64,000 nucleotides of DNA from the NCBI GenBank assembly GCA_963514005.1, contig CAUPSL010001324.1:1-64000 (forward strand). The letters run 5' to 3'. Under the pieces are notes generated by a model. That model was not told the DNA's origin, ran no database searches, and saw nothing but the letters and a program-made list of their open reading frames with translations. Position 1 is the first letter of the stretch. Each line of letters opens with the position of its first letter. Positions 38,101-48,100 of this stretch are shown here, one piece after another. Source of the stretch: Raja brachyura. Taxonomy: Eukaryota. A program made the position numbers and the translations under genes.

Positions 38101-40387
38101 GGATGATCAGCCATGAACACAGTGAATGGCGGTGTTTGCTCGAAGGGCCGAATGGCCTCTACTCCTGCACCTGTTGTCTATTGTCTATTGTCTAACTATC
38201 CCGCATACAGATCCTAAGTCTTGTCATACAAGGGATACAAACACATTCGCTGTGGACAGCATACTAACTTTTTCACTGCATCAGAACTCGTAACAATAAT
38301 AAACTGATAAATAATAAGCGGCTGGGCTTGTACACTCTGGCGTTTAGAAGGATAAGAGGGGATCTTATTGAAACATATAAGATTATTAAGGGTTTGGACA
38401 CGCTAGAGACAGGAAACATGTTCCCGATGTTGGGGGAGTCCAGAACCAGGGGCCACACACACACACACAGTTTAAGGATAAGGGGTCGGCCATTTAGAAC
38501 GGAGACGAGGAAACACTTTTTCTCAAAAGAGAGTTGTGAGTCTGTGAAATTCTCTGCCTCAAAGGGCGGTGGAGGCCGGTTCTCTGGATACTTTCAAGAG
38601 AGAGCTAGATAGGGCTCTTAAAGATAGCGGAGTCGGGTGATATTGGGAGAAGGCAGGAACGGGGTACAGATTGTGGATGATCAGCCATGATCAAGAGAGA
38701 GTTAGATAGGGCTCTTAAAGATAGCGGAGTCGGGGGATATTGGGAGAAGGCACCAACGGGGCACTGATTGGGGATGATCAGCCATGACCACATTGAATGG
38801 CGATGCTGGCTCGAAGGGCCGAATGGCCTCTACTCCTGCACCTGTTGTCTATTGTCTGTTGTTTTGGGTCGAGACCCTTCTTCAGACTGGAATAAGGTCT
38901 CGACCCAAAACATCACCTATTCCTTCCCTCCAGAAAACGCTGCCTGTCCCGCTGAGTTACTCCAGCACTTTGTGTCTTATCTCCGGTGCAAACCAGCATC
39001 TGCAGTTCTATTTAATATCCCGGTGAGATTATTTGATCGCATTGAATGACGGTGCTGGCTGGACGGGCTGAATGGCCTCCTCCTGCATCTTTTGTCTATT
39101 GTCTATACCATTAACCCGCTGAGACAAAGTATGTCTGAAGAAGGGTCTGAAGAATTCCCTCTCGAGAGAGAGAGAGAGATGCTGCCTGTCCTCGCTGAGT
39201 TGAAGCCCTGTCCCACGCTACGAGTTCATTCCAAGAGCTCTCCCGAGTTTTAAAAAAAAATCAAACTCGTGGTAAGCACGGAGAATGAACGCAGCGGGTA
39301 CGTCGGAGCCCGGGGGGGGGGGTCTCTTAGCGATAACGGCAGGTACTCGGGGAAGTCTCGCTAACGGCAGGTAAGCGCGGGAAGACTCGCGAAGATTTTT
39401 CAACGCGTTGAAAAATGTCCACGAGAGCCCCGCGTACCGACGAGCGGCCATTAGGAGTTAGGTGAGTGGCGGACCCAACTATCGGAGTTATGTTACAAGT
39501 TCTCAAAGGTTCCTTAAATATTAAATGAATTTTTTTTAATAAATGCAGATACTGGAAATATTAAACGCTGAAAATACTGGAAAAAAACTCCAACTTGGGA
39601 AACATCTGTGAAACAAGGAAGTTTCGAGTCGGAGTCACGTTTTTGTCCGTTTGAAAAATGTGACTTACCCATTGATTCGTAATAATCTCTGGCTCCTTGC
39701 TGCTCAAGATGGAGAAATGGCATTTGGGGCACCTTCCCAACGGAATTTGTTCATTCGCAGCACGTGAAGGGCATGTTGCATCAACCAAGTAAAATACCTG
39801 CCCTTCTTGCACTGCTCCATATCCATGTCTTATAGAAACTTACAAAATTCTTAAGGGGTTGGACAGGCTAGATGCAGGAAGATTGTTCCCAATGTTGGGG
39901 AGGTCCAGGACGAGGGGTCACAGCTTACGGATAAGGGGGAAATCCTTTAGGACCGAGATGAGAAGGACTTTTTTCACACAGAGAGTGGTGGGTCTCTGGA
40001 ACTCTCTGCCACAGAGGGTAGTTGAGGCCAGTTCATTGGCTATATTTAAGAGGGAGTTAGATGTGGCCCTTGTGGCTAAAGGGATCAGGGGGTATGGAGA
40101 GAAAGCAGGTACGGGATACTGAATTGGATGATCAGCCATGATCATATTGGATGGCGGTGCAGGCTCGAAGGGCCGAATGGCCTACTCCTGCACCTAATTT
40201 CTATGTTTCTATTACCGTAAATCTCCGAGTTCGAATCGTGGCAAACTGGAGGGGAGAACTCGTACGTGGGACAGGGGTTTTAGACCAGCATTTTGCGCCT
40301 AGCTTTGGTGTAAACATCCAACTCACCAATCTCTGCCAAGGCCGCAGCCAGAGACAGCAGGACCATCAGCAAGCCTCTGAGCCCCAT
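20090..40387 (-). CDS. WA: MHC W-category alpha chain gene (WA-like), complete; exons 40387-40327, 34790-34512, 30586-30305, 23030-22919, 20159-20090; 804 nt, 267 aa
   Basis: Five exons with canonical GT/AG and matching phases (1,1,1,2) join into one open frame: signal peptide, alpha1, C1-set Ig, class II alpha-type TM, cytoplasmic tail. The Ig domain has b2m-like residues. The gene lies head-to-head with a beta-chain gene. Confidence 0.85.
20345..21058 (-). mobile_element. CR1 3' fragment
   Basis: ORFs 20535..20717 and 20714..21043. Confidence 0.9.
21835..22289 (+). mobile_element. hAT-type MITE, family C
   Basis: Perfect 8-bp TSD GTACAGAA. Confidence 0.85.
22321..22720 (+). repeat. Three tandem copies (about 140 bp) of a CR1 segment
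   Basis: tgtggagaggatgtttccactagtgggagagtctaggaccagagggcgcacagcc repeated three times. Confidence 0.85.
22919..23030 (-). CDS. WA: WA exon 4, connecting peptide plus [40 protein letters not shown]
   Basis: Acceptor tttattctgcag|AT, donor AG|GTAAGG, 112 nt; CxxGxxxGxxG motif typical of class II alpha TMs. Confidence 0.88.
23091..23736 (-). mobile_element. Young CR1 3' fragment
   Basis: Uninterrupted 183-aa ORF2 C-terminus. Confidence 0.92.
23790..24072. mobile_element. Near-palindromic MITE with CCTGTCCCAC termini
   Basis: AATGCCCCTGTCCCACTT ... AAGTGGGACAGGGGCATT with long inverted arms. Confidence 0.75.
24169..24805 (+). mobile_element. Solo LTR, 637 bp
   Basis: TG...CA ends, 4-bp TSD GGCC, TATAAA at about 24663, AATAAA at about 24735. 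Confidence 0.88.
25310..26416 (-). mobile_element. CR1, second subfamily
   Basis: [19 protein letters not shown]; tail (ATATGGTT)n. Confidence 0.9.
26567..28108 (-). mobile_element. Rearranged CR1 3' fragments
   Basis: Duplicated 3' ends; ORFs 27042..27287 and 27906..28088. Confidence 0.8.
27337..27884 (-). mobile_element. Penelope-like fragment with inverted end, inside CR1
   Basis: Homologous to 15876-16443. Confidence 0.8.
28299..29331 (+). mobile_element. DNA transposon family B
   Basis: Same sequence; TSD CTGTATG. Confidence 0.8.
30305..30586 (-). CDS. WA: WA exon 3, alpha2 C1-set Ig domain [93 protein letters not shown]
   Basis: Acceptor cttctgttgcag|AG, donor G|GTAAGT, 282 nt, phase 1-1. 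Motifs NTLYC, FYP, DWTF and FSCxVxH. Not called by the ORF track. Confidence 0.92.
30619..31537 (+). mobile_element. CR1 3' fragment with a triplicated segment of about 110 bp
   Basis: [26 protein letters not shown] three times. Confidence 0.9.
31674..32098 (-). mobile_element. hAT-type MITE, family C
   Basis: 8-bp TSD CCCGTCCA/CCCGACCA. Confidence 0.8.
32275..32660 (+). mobile_element. Penelope-like fragment, second subfamily (another copy at about 34097-34475)
   Basis: [25 protein letters not shown] plus inverted terminal piece. Confidence 0.75.
32960..34095 (+). mobile_element. CR1, second subfamily; inverted twin of 25310-26416
   Basis: 236-aa ORF 33188..33898. Confidence 0.9.
34512..34790 (-). 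CDS. WA: WA exon 2, alpha1 domain [46 protein letters not shown]...[33 protein letters not shown]
   Basis: Acceptor ctcgccccaccag|AG, donor A|GTAAGT, 279 nt, phase 1-1, GC-rich third codon positions; lies within ORF 34375..34869. [10 protein letters not shown] aligns with class I VDDTQFVRFD. Confidence 0.85.
34827..35404. mobile_element. Harbinger-type MITE, family A (opposite orientation)
   Basis: Same TIRs; 36 nt from the WA exon 2 acceptor. Confidence 0.85.
35597..36395 (+). mobile_element. CR1 3' fragment with two Penelope insertions
   Basis: ORFs 35721..36113 and 36040..36390. Confidence 0.88.
36885..38860 (+). repeat. Local tandem duplication of a short leader plus CR1 3' end
   Basis: ttttcactgcatcag..aataataaactgataaataataagcggctgggc junction present at about 36936 and about 38270. 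Confidence 0.75.
37056..37498. mobile_element. Harbinger-type MITE, family A, internally deleted, inside CR1
   Basis: TIRs; TSD TAA. Confidence 0.85.
39203..40280. mobile_element. CCTGTCCCAC-terminus MITE split by an insertion of about 760 bp (non-CR1 DNA plus CR1 3' end)
   Basis: CCCTGTCCCACGCTACGAGTTC ... GAACTCGTACGTGGGACAGGG. Confidence 0.7.
40327..40387 (-). CDS. WA: WA exon 1, signal peptide [20 protein letters not shown]
   Basis: ATG at 40387, hydrophobic leader, 61 nt ending G|GTGAGT (phase 1). Confidence 0.85.
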
Positions 40388-42070
40388 GTTCCAGAACAAT
40401 CTATCTCCCCGGAGACTTGTACAGAGGAGCTCCTGTTAACGAACTCTGCGAAGAGTTTTCGCAGGTGCGGGCTCAACCCACTAACCTCCAGTAAGTTGAG
40501 CCGAATGTTCCATATTAATTGCTAGGGTGTGTACCAAACCTAAATTGGCTCAGTTTCAAAGTCACCAAACATTGCCCTCAGGAACTTCCCCAGAACGTAC
40601 GTCACCATTTTTATGAAGAGGACATTGTCGTCTTTCGAAAACCAGTGTCTATTGTCATTTGCAGTTCCTCGTGTCTCCATTCCTTCACGCCAAATGCAAA
40701 ACTGCTTGTCACGGTCTGTTTGCGTTCACCTCAGCGAGAGACTGGCTTTGCCACAGGCATTTTGTGAGAAAAGAAAATGCTTCTCCGAGGTGCTTTGGGT
40801 TTGGACACTCGCTGGAGGCAGGAAACGTGTTCCCGAATGTTGGGGGAGTCCAGAACCAGGGGCCACACACACACACACACACACAGTTTAGGAATAAGGG
40901 GGTCGGCCATTTGGAACGGAGACGAGGAGACGCTTTTTCACCCAGAGAGTTGTGAATCTGTGGCCATTTAGGACTGAGATGAGGAGAAACTTTAATTTTC
41001 TCAATTCTGCTAACCCAGGCTGCCTCCTCCCCTCCCCACCTCTCCCTCAGCCCTCGGGCCCTGGCATTCTTTCTCTCTCTATCCCTCCCCCACCCAAGTC
41101 TCATTTTCACACTACAAACAGCTTACAATGGCCTGCTTCCTTTATCACCGATACTTTTTTGTATATCTTTCATTCATTGTTCTTTATCTCTCCACATCGC
41201 CCCATCTCTCGTTTCCCTGATCCCTGACCAGTCTGAAAAAGGGTCTCGACCCGAAACGTCGCCTATCTCCTTCGCTCCTTAGATGCTGCTGCACCCGCTG
41301 AGTTTCTCCAGCTTTTTGTGTAACCCTCGGTTCTCCAGCATCTGCAGTTCCCTCTTTAACACATTTCCACCCAGAGAGTTGTGAGTCTGTGGAATTCCCT
41401 GCCTCAGAGGGCGGTGGAGGCCGGTTCTCTGGAGATAATTCTTTCAAGAGAGAGTTAGGTAGGGCTCTTAAATATAGCGGAGTCAGGGGATATGGGGAGA
41501 AGGCCAGGAACGGGGTACTGATTGGGGATGATCAGCCATGACCACATTGAATGGTGGTGCTGGCTTGAAGGGCCGAATGGCCTCTACTCCTGCACCTGTT
41601 GTCTATTGTCTGTTGTTTTGGGTCGAGACCCTTCTTCAGACAGTCATAAAACACATTTTAGTCTGAAGAAGGGTCTCGAGATGCGCGTTCTCCCCGTGAC
41701 CACGCGGGTTTTCTCCGGGCGCTCCGGTTTTCCCCCCACACACCCGATGGCGCGCAGTTTTTTTGCCGGCTAATTGGCGCTGTGACATCGTAAATTGCCC
41801 CTGGGGTGCGTGGGGTAGTGACAGCGGGCTAGGATCGCTGGTCGGCGCGGACTCGGTGGGCCGAAGGTCCTGTTTACGCCCTTCCCTCCTCACCGCCCCG
41901 CCCACAGGGAAGGACATGAATTATCCCTCTCAGATTAATTGCCAAACAACCCGGTGTCTGTTTCCAGTGGGTGGAGTCAGATAGTTTGCTTGTATGTGAT
42001 CCTCCCGCCTCAGTTCATTCACTCTCCCAGTCGATTCTGACTGATCGAGAATCCTCTGCTTCTCCTGAAG
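40388..42070. promoter_or_regulatory. Divergent WA/WB intergenic promoter region, interrupted by CR1, Penelope and SINE insertions (about 40797-41880)
   Basis: 1683 nt between the two ATGs. On the minus strand: CCCTAGCAA (X1-like, 40519-40527), CCAAT (40544-40548), GGGAAGTTCC (kB-like, 40581-40590), TGACGT (40599-40604). Confidence 0.5.
40991..41362 (+). mobile_element. Penelope-like 3' fragment inside CR1, between WA and WB
   Basis: Homologous to 42475-42840. Confidence 0.8.
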
Positions 42071-42143
42071 ATGAGAGCGAGCCTCCTGGCCATTCTTCAT
42101 GCATTTGTTTCAATCGCAGATGTGCTTGCCAGCAACCAAAGTG
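42071..42143 (+). CDS. WB: WB exon 1, signal peptide MRASLLAILHAFVSIADVLASNQS
   Basis: aagATG start, hydrophobic leader, 73 nt ending G|GTAAGT. Confidence 0.8.
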
Positions 42144-45100
42144 GTAAGTTTATATATTTAGTCCGACAGAGGTTCACTCTGCACCTCCTCCAACCTCATC
42201 TACTGCATCCGTTGCTCCAGATGCCGGCTGATCTACATCGGTGAGACCAAGCGGAGGCTGGGCGATTGTTTCGCCGAACACCTCCGCTCGGTCCGCAATA
42301 ACCAACCCGACCGCCCGATGGCTCAGCACTTCAACTCCCCCTCCCATTCCGTATCCGTATCCGACCTCTCGGTCCTGGGCCTCCCCCACGGCCAGAGTGA
42401 GCAACACCGCAAGTTGGAGGAACAGCACCTCATATTCCGCTTGGGGAGTCTGCATCCTCTGGGCTTAAACATTGAATTTTCTCAATTCTGTTAACGCAGA
42501 CTGCCTCCTCCCCTTCCCACCTCTCCCTCAGCCCTCGGGCCCTGGCATTCCTTCTCTCTCTATCTCTCCCCCACCCATTTTCACACTACAAACAGCTTAC
42601 AATGGCCTGTTTCCTTTATCATCGATACTTTTTTGCATATCTTTCATTCATTGTTCTTTATCTCTCCACATCACCGTCTATATCTCTCGTTTCCCTGATC
42701 GCTGACCAGTCTGAAGAAGGGTCTCGACCCGAAACGTCGCCTATCTCCTTCGCTCCTTAGATGCTGCTGCACCCGCTGAGTTTCTCCAGCTTTTTGTGTA
42801 ACCCTCGATTCTCCAGCATCTGCAGTTCCTTCTTTAACAAGTTTATTTATTCACCCATTTACTCAGTGTGTCATCTTTCCCTTCAAGGGCGGTAGAGTTG
42901 CTGCCTCACAGCGCCAGAGGCACTGGGTTCGATCCTGATCACCGGCGCTGTTTGCACGTTAATGGCCTGTCCTACAAGCACGCAACTCCACGCGATGAAC
43001 GCGATCAAACTAGAAGCGGGAGCCGTGCGGAGGTCGGGTGATCCCCTGTACAGGGCCGTTCCCACCAGCATGCGCCTGCATGCGGCAAGCGCGACCAAAC
43101 CGGCAGCGAGGGGCCGCGCGGAGGTCGGGTGAGTGGCGTAACGCGGCGCAAAGTGAGGCGAACTTGGAGCGAAGTCTTAAAGGTAGGTTCGCCAGGACAG
43201 AGAAGGGCACACAGAGAGGGGCACAGAAGCACACGCACACACAGAGGGCCACGGAGCCACACATACAGAGGGTCACGGAGGCAACTACCTTCAGTGGCAG
43301 AGAATTCCAGAGACTCACCACTCTCTGTGTGAAAAATGTTTTTCTCATCTCGGTCCTAAAAAACTTCCCCCTTATCCTTAAGCTGTGACCCCTTGTTCTG
43401 GACTTCCCCAACATCGGGAACAATCTTCCTGCATCTAGCCTGTCCAACCCCTTAAGAATTTTGTAAGTTTCTGCAAGATCCCCCCTCATTCTTCTAAATT
43501 CCAGCGAGTACAAGCCGAGTCTATCCAGTCTTTCCTCATATGAAAGTCCTGGCATCCCAGGAATCAGTCTGGTGAACCTTCTCTGTACTCCCTCTATGGC
43601 AAGTATGTCTTTCCTCAGATTAGGAAACGAAAACTGTACACAATACTCTCTTAAATCCATCCAGTGACTTGGCCTCCACTGCCCTCTGTGGCAGGGAATT
43701 CCATAAATTCACAACTCTCTGGGTGAAAATGTTTCTCCTCATCTCAGTCCCAAATGGCCACAGATTCACAACTCTCTGGGTGAAAAAGTTTTTTCTCACC
43801 TCAGTCTTAAATGACTTCCCCTTTATTCTAAGACTGTGTGGCCCCTGGTTCTGGACTCGCCCAACATTGGGAACATTTTTCCTGCAGTTAGCTTGTCCAG
43901 TCCTTTTATAATTTTATAGAAACATAGAAATTAGGTGCATGAGTAGGCCATTCGGCCCTTCGAGCCTGCACCGCCATTCAATATGAACACGGCTGATCAT
44001 CCAACTCAGTATCCCGTACCTGCCTTCTCTCCATACTCTCTGATCCCTTTAGCCACAAGGGCCACATCTAACTCCCTCTTAAATATAGCCAATGAACTGG
44101 CCTCAACTACCCTCTGTGGCAGAGAGTTCCAGAGACCCACCACTCTCTGTGTGAAAAAAGTCCTTCTCATCTCGGTCCTAAAGGATTTCCCACTTATCCT
44201 TAAGCTGTGACCCCTTGTCCTGGACCTCCCCAACTTCGGGAACAATCTTCCTGCATCTAGCCTGTCCCACCCCTTAAGAATTTTGTAAGTTTCTATAAGA
44301 TCCCCCCTCAATCTTCTAAATTCTAGAGAGTATAAACCGAGTCTATCTAGTCTTTCTTCATAAGACAGTCCTGACATCCCAGGAATCAGTCTGGTGAACC
44401 TTCTCTGCACTCCCTCTATGGCAATAATGTCCTTCCTCAGATTTGGAGACCAGAACTGTACGCAATACTCCAGGTGTGGTCTCACCAAGACCCTGTACAA
44501 CTGCAGTAGAACCTCCCTGCTCCTATACTCAAATCCTTTTGCCATGAAAGCTAACATACCATTTGCTAATGTAGCCAATACTTCAGGAGCAGCCTCTTCA
44601 GAGAGTCGAACAGGGGCTGCAATCTCTCACACTGAATGTGTAGAGAACAATACATTTACAATACAATATTTATTCCATGTAATTTGAACCTCAGTGAGGC
44701 TCAAACGAAACTCCGTTTCTACAGCCATACAAACAAAACAATTCCTACAGGGCACACAAACAATTCAATTCACACAAACATCCATCACAGTGAATCTCCT
44801 CCTCACTGTAATGGAAGGCAAAGTTCTTCTCTCTCCCCTGTGCACCATTTTTCTCCCAATGTTGAAGCCCCAGGCGGGCGATGGTAAATTCCACGGCCAT
44901 TAAAGCCCCGCCGGGCGACGTACGTGTGAGATATAGTTTGTGCTCACAATCACTGCTCAGAGACTAAATCATCGAAACAAGAGATGCTTTTTTATTTGCG
45001 AGTCTGCAGAGTCGGGTGCCTCTCCAAGTTGAGACACACCGAAGTCAGAAAAGTAAAGCCCCTTTATACACACAATTCTGCTGGCATAACCTCCCCTTCT

Positions 45101-48100
45101 GGCTCTTCCCAATCAGAGCACTGAGGTGCACAGTCTATAGGTACGTCCCCCAGTACCTCCCACATCATACATAGCATGTTCATGATAATGAGCAATTTCC
45201 CGACTAGGGGTGTGTAAGTAATATTCATTTATCTCATTAAGCATGCCCAGTTGCAATTGACCTGGCCTAGTTTTCTCACCTCCAACTGACCTGTCTCAGT
45301 TTTTTTATATCTGAACTAAAGCTAGTCTCTACTGACAAGGGTCCCATTCATCCCTAGTCCCTACTGATAAGGGTCCCATCCAGCACTAGTCTCTACCGCT
45401 ATACAATGCCATCAATCCATACTCAAGGACAGTTTTGGTAACTTAATCCACAGCTGTGTCAGCATCCTCTCCCTGGCCTCTATCGGCTAGAATCCTGTTT
45501 ACAAGTTAGAATCCTCTCCTGAATCCTTACAATAGTGGGGTTTAATCACTTTATCCCTCACATACGGCCCCGCTCCGGGTCGTTCCAACCCCGCGACACG
45601 GGCGGGAGAAGCTGCGTTGCGGGAGCTCCGAAAAGCGGTCTCCCACCCGGACCCGCGAGCTCCCGATGTCCCGGCAGTCCACCGGGCCTGCGGCTGCAGC
45701 TGGAGCCTCCGAGCCCTGGAGTCGGGCCGCAGCGGCGAGCCACCACCGCCCCCCCCACGCTCCGGGGCCGGCCAGCCCCGCGACGGCGAGTCCGCAGCTC
45801 CGCAGGCTCCGCGACTGGAGCCCCCCAGGTCGTCCCGGTCGGAGGCCGCTCCACGGTGCTAGGCCCCAAACGAAAACGGAGACCCGACATAGGTATGTTA
45901 CAAAACTTACCGTTAGCGATGCTGGAGTTCTGCCGCTGGCCGTGTGCGCGACTTTGGCGCCTTTAAGGGGGGGGGGGGGTTAAAATGCGGTTTTCCCCAT
46001 GCAATCCGGAGCTTTCTGTTGTCGGAGTGCGATTTATTTTTGGAGATGCGTTCTGACTGCCGGTAAGTCCGTTTTTTTTAATAAATAGCCTGACTACTTA
46101 ATCACTGCAGTAAAATTAAAATTAGCTCCTAATGCCGTGAACGCCGACAACGGGACGGATTTTACGTAGGGGACAGGTAAGTGACAGATGTTTATTTTTA
46201 CATATAAACTTGCTTTTTTAGCAGACTTTAATGTTGCGAAACGGTGATTTAGCCCCCATACGAACTGTCAGAAAATTTCCTGCCGATATTGGGTTTAAAT
46301 TCACCGCAACCGCAACGTTCTAATCCATCGCGTTCCAGAAAATCCCACTCGCAAGCTGTTTAAAATGCCCATTAATTTACAGGCATTAAACACTGAATTC
46401 CTTCAATTTGGCCTATAAATTAATGACAATTAGATTTAAAAATCATGTTTTATTGTGAATTATTGTGTGAGTGTTAATTGGACACTTAGGCTTTAAATTT
46501 TTTTTTTTTAATTTTCTTAAGAAATGGATAGATGGTTAGATCTAGTAATTGAATTTTGTAATTGGCTACAATTGGGTAACTAACTAATTATATGCTTTAA
46601 TTTCAGGTCATCCAAGTAAGATTGTTTCATATTTGTTTCAGAATACTTCAATCTATAATAACTGAAAATTTCTTTAAGTTCTCTTAATTTTTAAGGATGT
46701 TATGGGCTTTTGACTGTCCAAGATCACAGCTTTTGTGTTAAGTCAATTGAAAGGCAATGGGGAACAAGATGCTAATTTCCGAGTATGAAAATGGCCATAA
46801 CTTTTTTAATACTGAAGATATCAAAAGACTAGGCTTGTATTCACTTAAATTTAGAAGAATGATGGGGATCTTATAGAAACCTGTAAAATTATAAAAGGAC
46901 TGGACAAGCTAGATGGAGGAAAAATGTTCCCAATGTTGGGCTAGTCCAGAACCAGGGGCCACACAGTCTTAGAATAAAGGGGAGGCCATTCAAGACCGCA
47001 ACCAGAGGTGAGAAAAAACTTTTTCACCCAGAGAGTTGTGAATTTGTGGAATTCCCTGCCACAGAGGGCAGTGGAGGCCAAGTCACTGGATGGATTTAAG
47101 AGAGAGTTGGATAGAGCTCTAGGGGCTAGTGGGGTCGAGGGATATGGGGGGAAGGCAGGCACGGGTTATTGATTGGGGACGATCAGCCATGATCACAATG
47201 AACATGGTGGTGCTGGCTCGAAGAGCCAATTGGCCTCCTCCTGCACCTATTTTCTGTGTTTCTATGTACTTACTGGGAAGGCCAGGATCTCGGCGTTGGA
47301 CACTCTGTCTATGCAATCAAATCAAACTCAAGTACAATAGATATAGCAAAAGGTATGATACCTAGAATCTTTATATCTGATGTATAGCACCATATTATCT
47401 CGACAGAATGCAAAAAAAAGCTACTCACTTGTGTATCATGACAATAACAAACCATTACCAATTTGTGTATGAGAGAGAATGGGTGACAAAAGGACATTCT
47501 TGCTATTGAGGGAGCCCAGCGTAGGTTCACCAGGTTAATTCCCGGGATGGCGGGACTGTCATATGCTGAGAGAATGGAGCGGCTGGGCTTGTACACTCTG
47601 GAGTTTGGAAGGATGAGAGGGGATCTTATTGACACAAATAAGATCATTAAGGTAGACAAAAATGCTGGAGAAACTCAGCGGGTGAGGCAGCATCTATGGA
47701 GCGAAGGAAATAGGCAACGTTTTGGGCCGAAGCTCTTCTTCATTGTCTCGGCCCGAAACGTCGCCTATTTCCTTCGCTCCATAGATGCTGCCTCACCCAC
47801 CGAGTTTCTCCAGCATTTTTGTCTACCTTCGATTTTCCAGCATCTGCAGTTCCTTCTTAAACATGAGATTATTAAGGGTTTGGACACGATCGAGGCAGGA
47901 AACATGATCCCGATGTTGGGGGAGTCCAGAACCAGGGGCCACACTTTAAGAATAAGGGGTCGGCCATTTCTAACGGAGACAAGGAAACACTTTTTCTCAC
48001 AGAGAGTTGTGAGTCTGTGGAATTCTCTGCCTCAGAGGGCGGTGGAGGCCGGTTCTCTGGATACTTTCAAGAGAGAGCTAGATAGGGGTCTTAAAGATGG

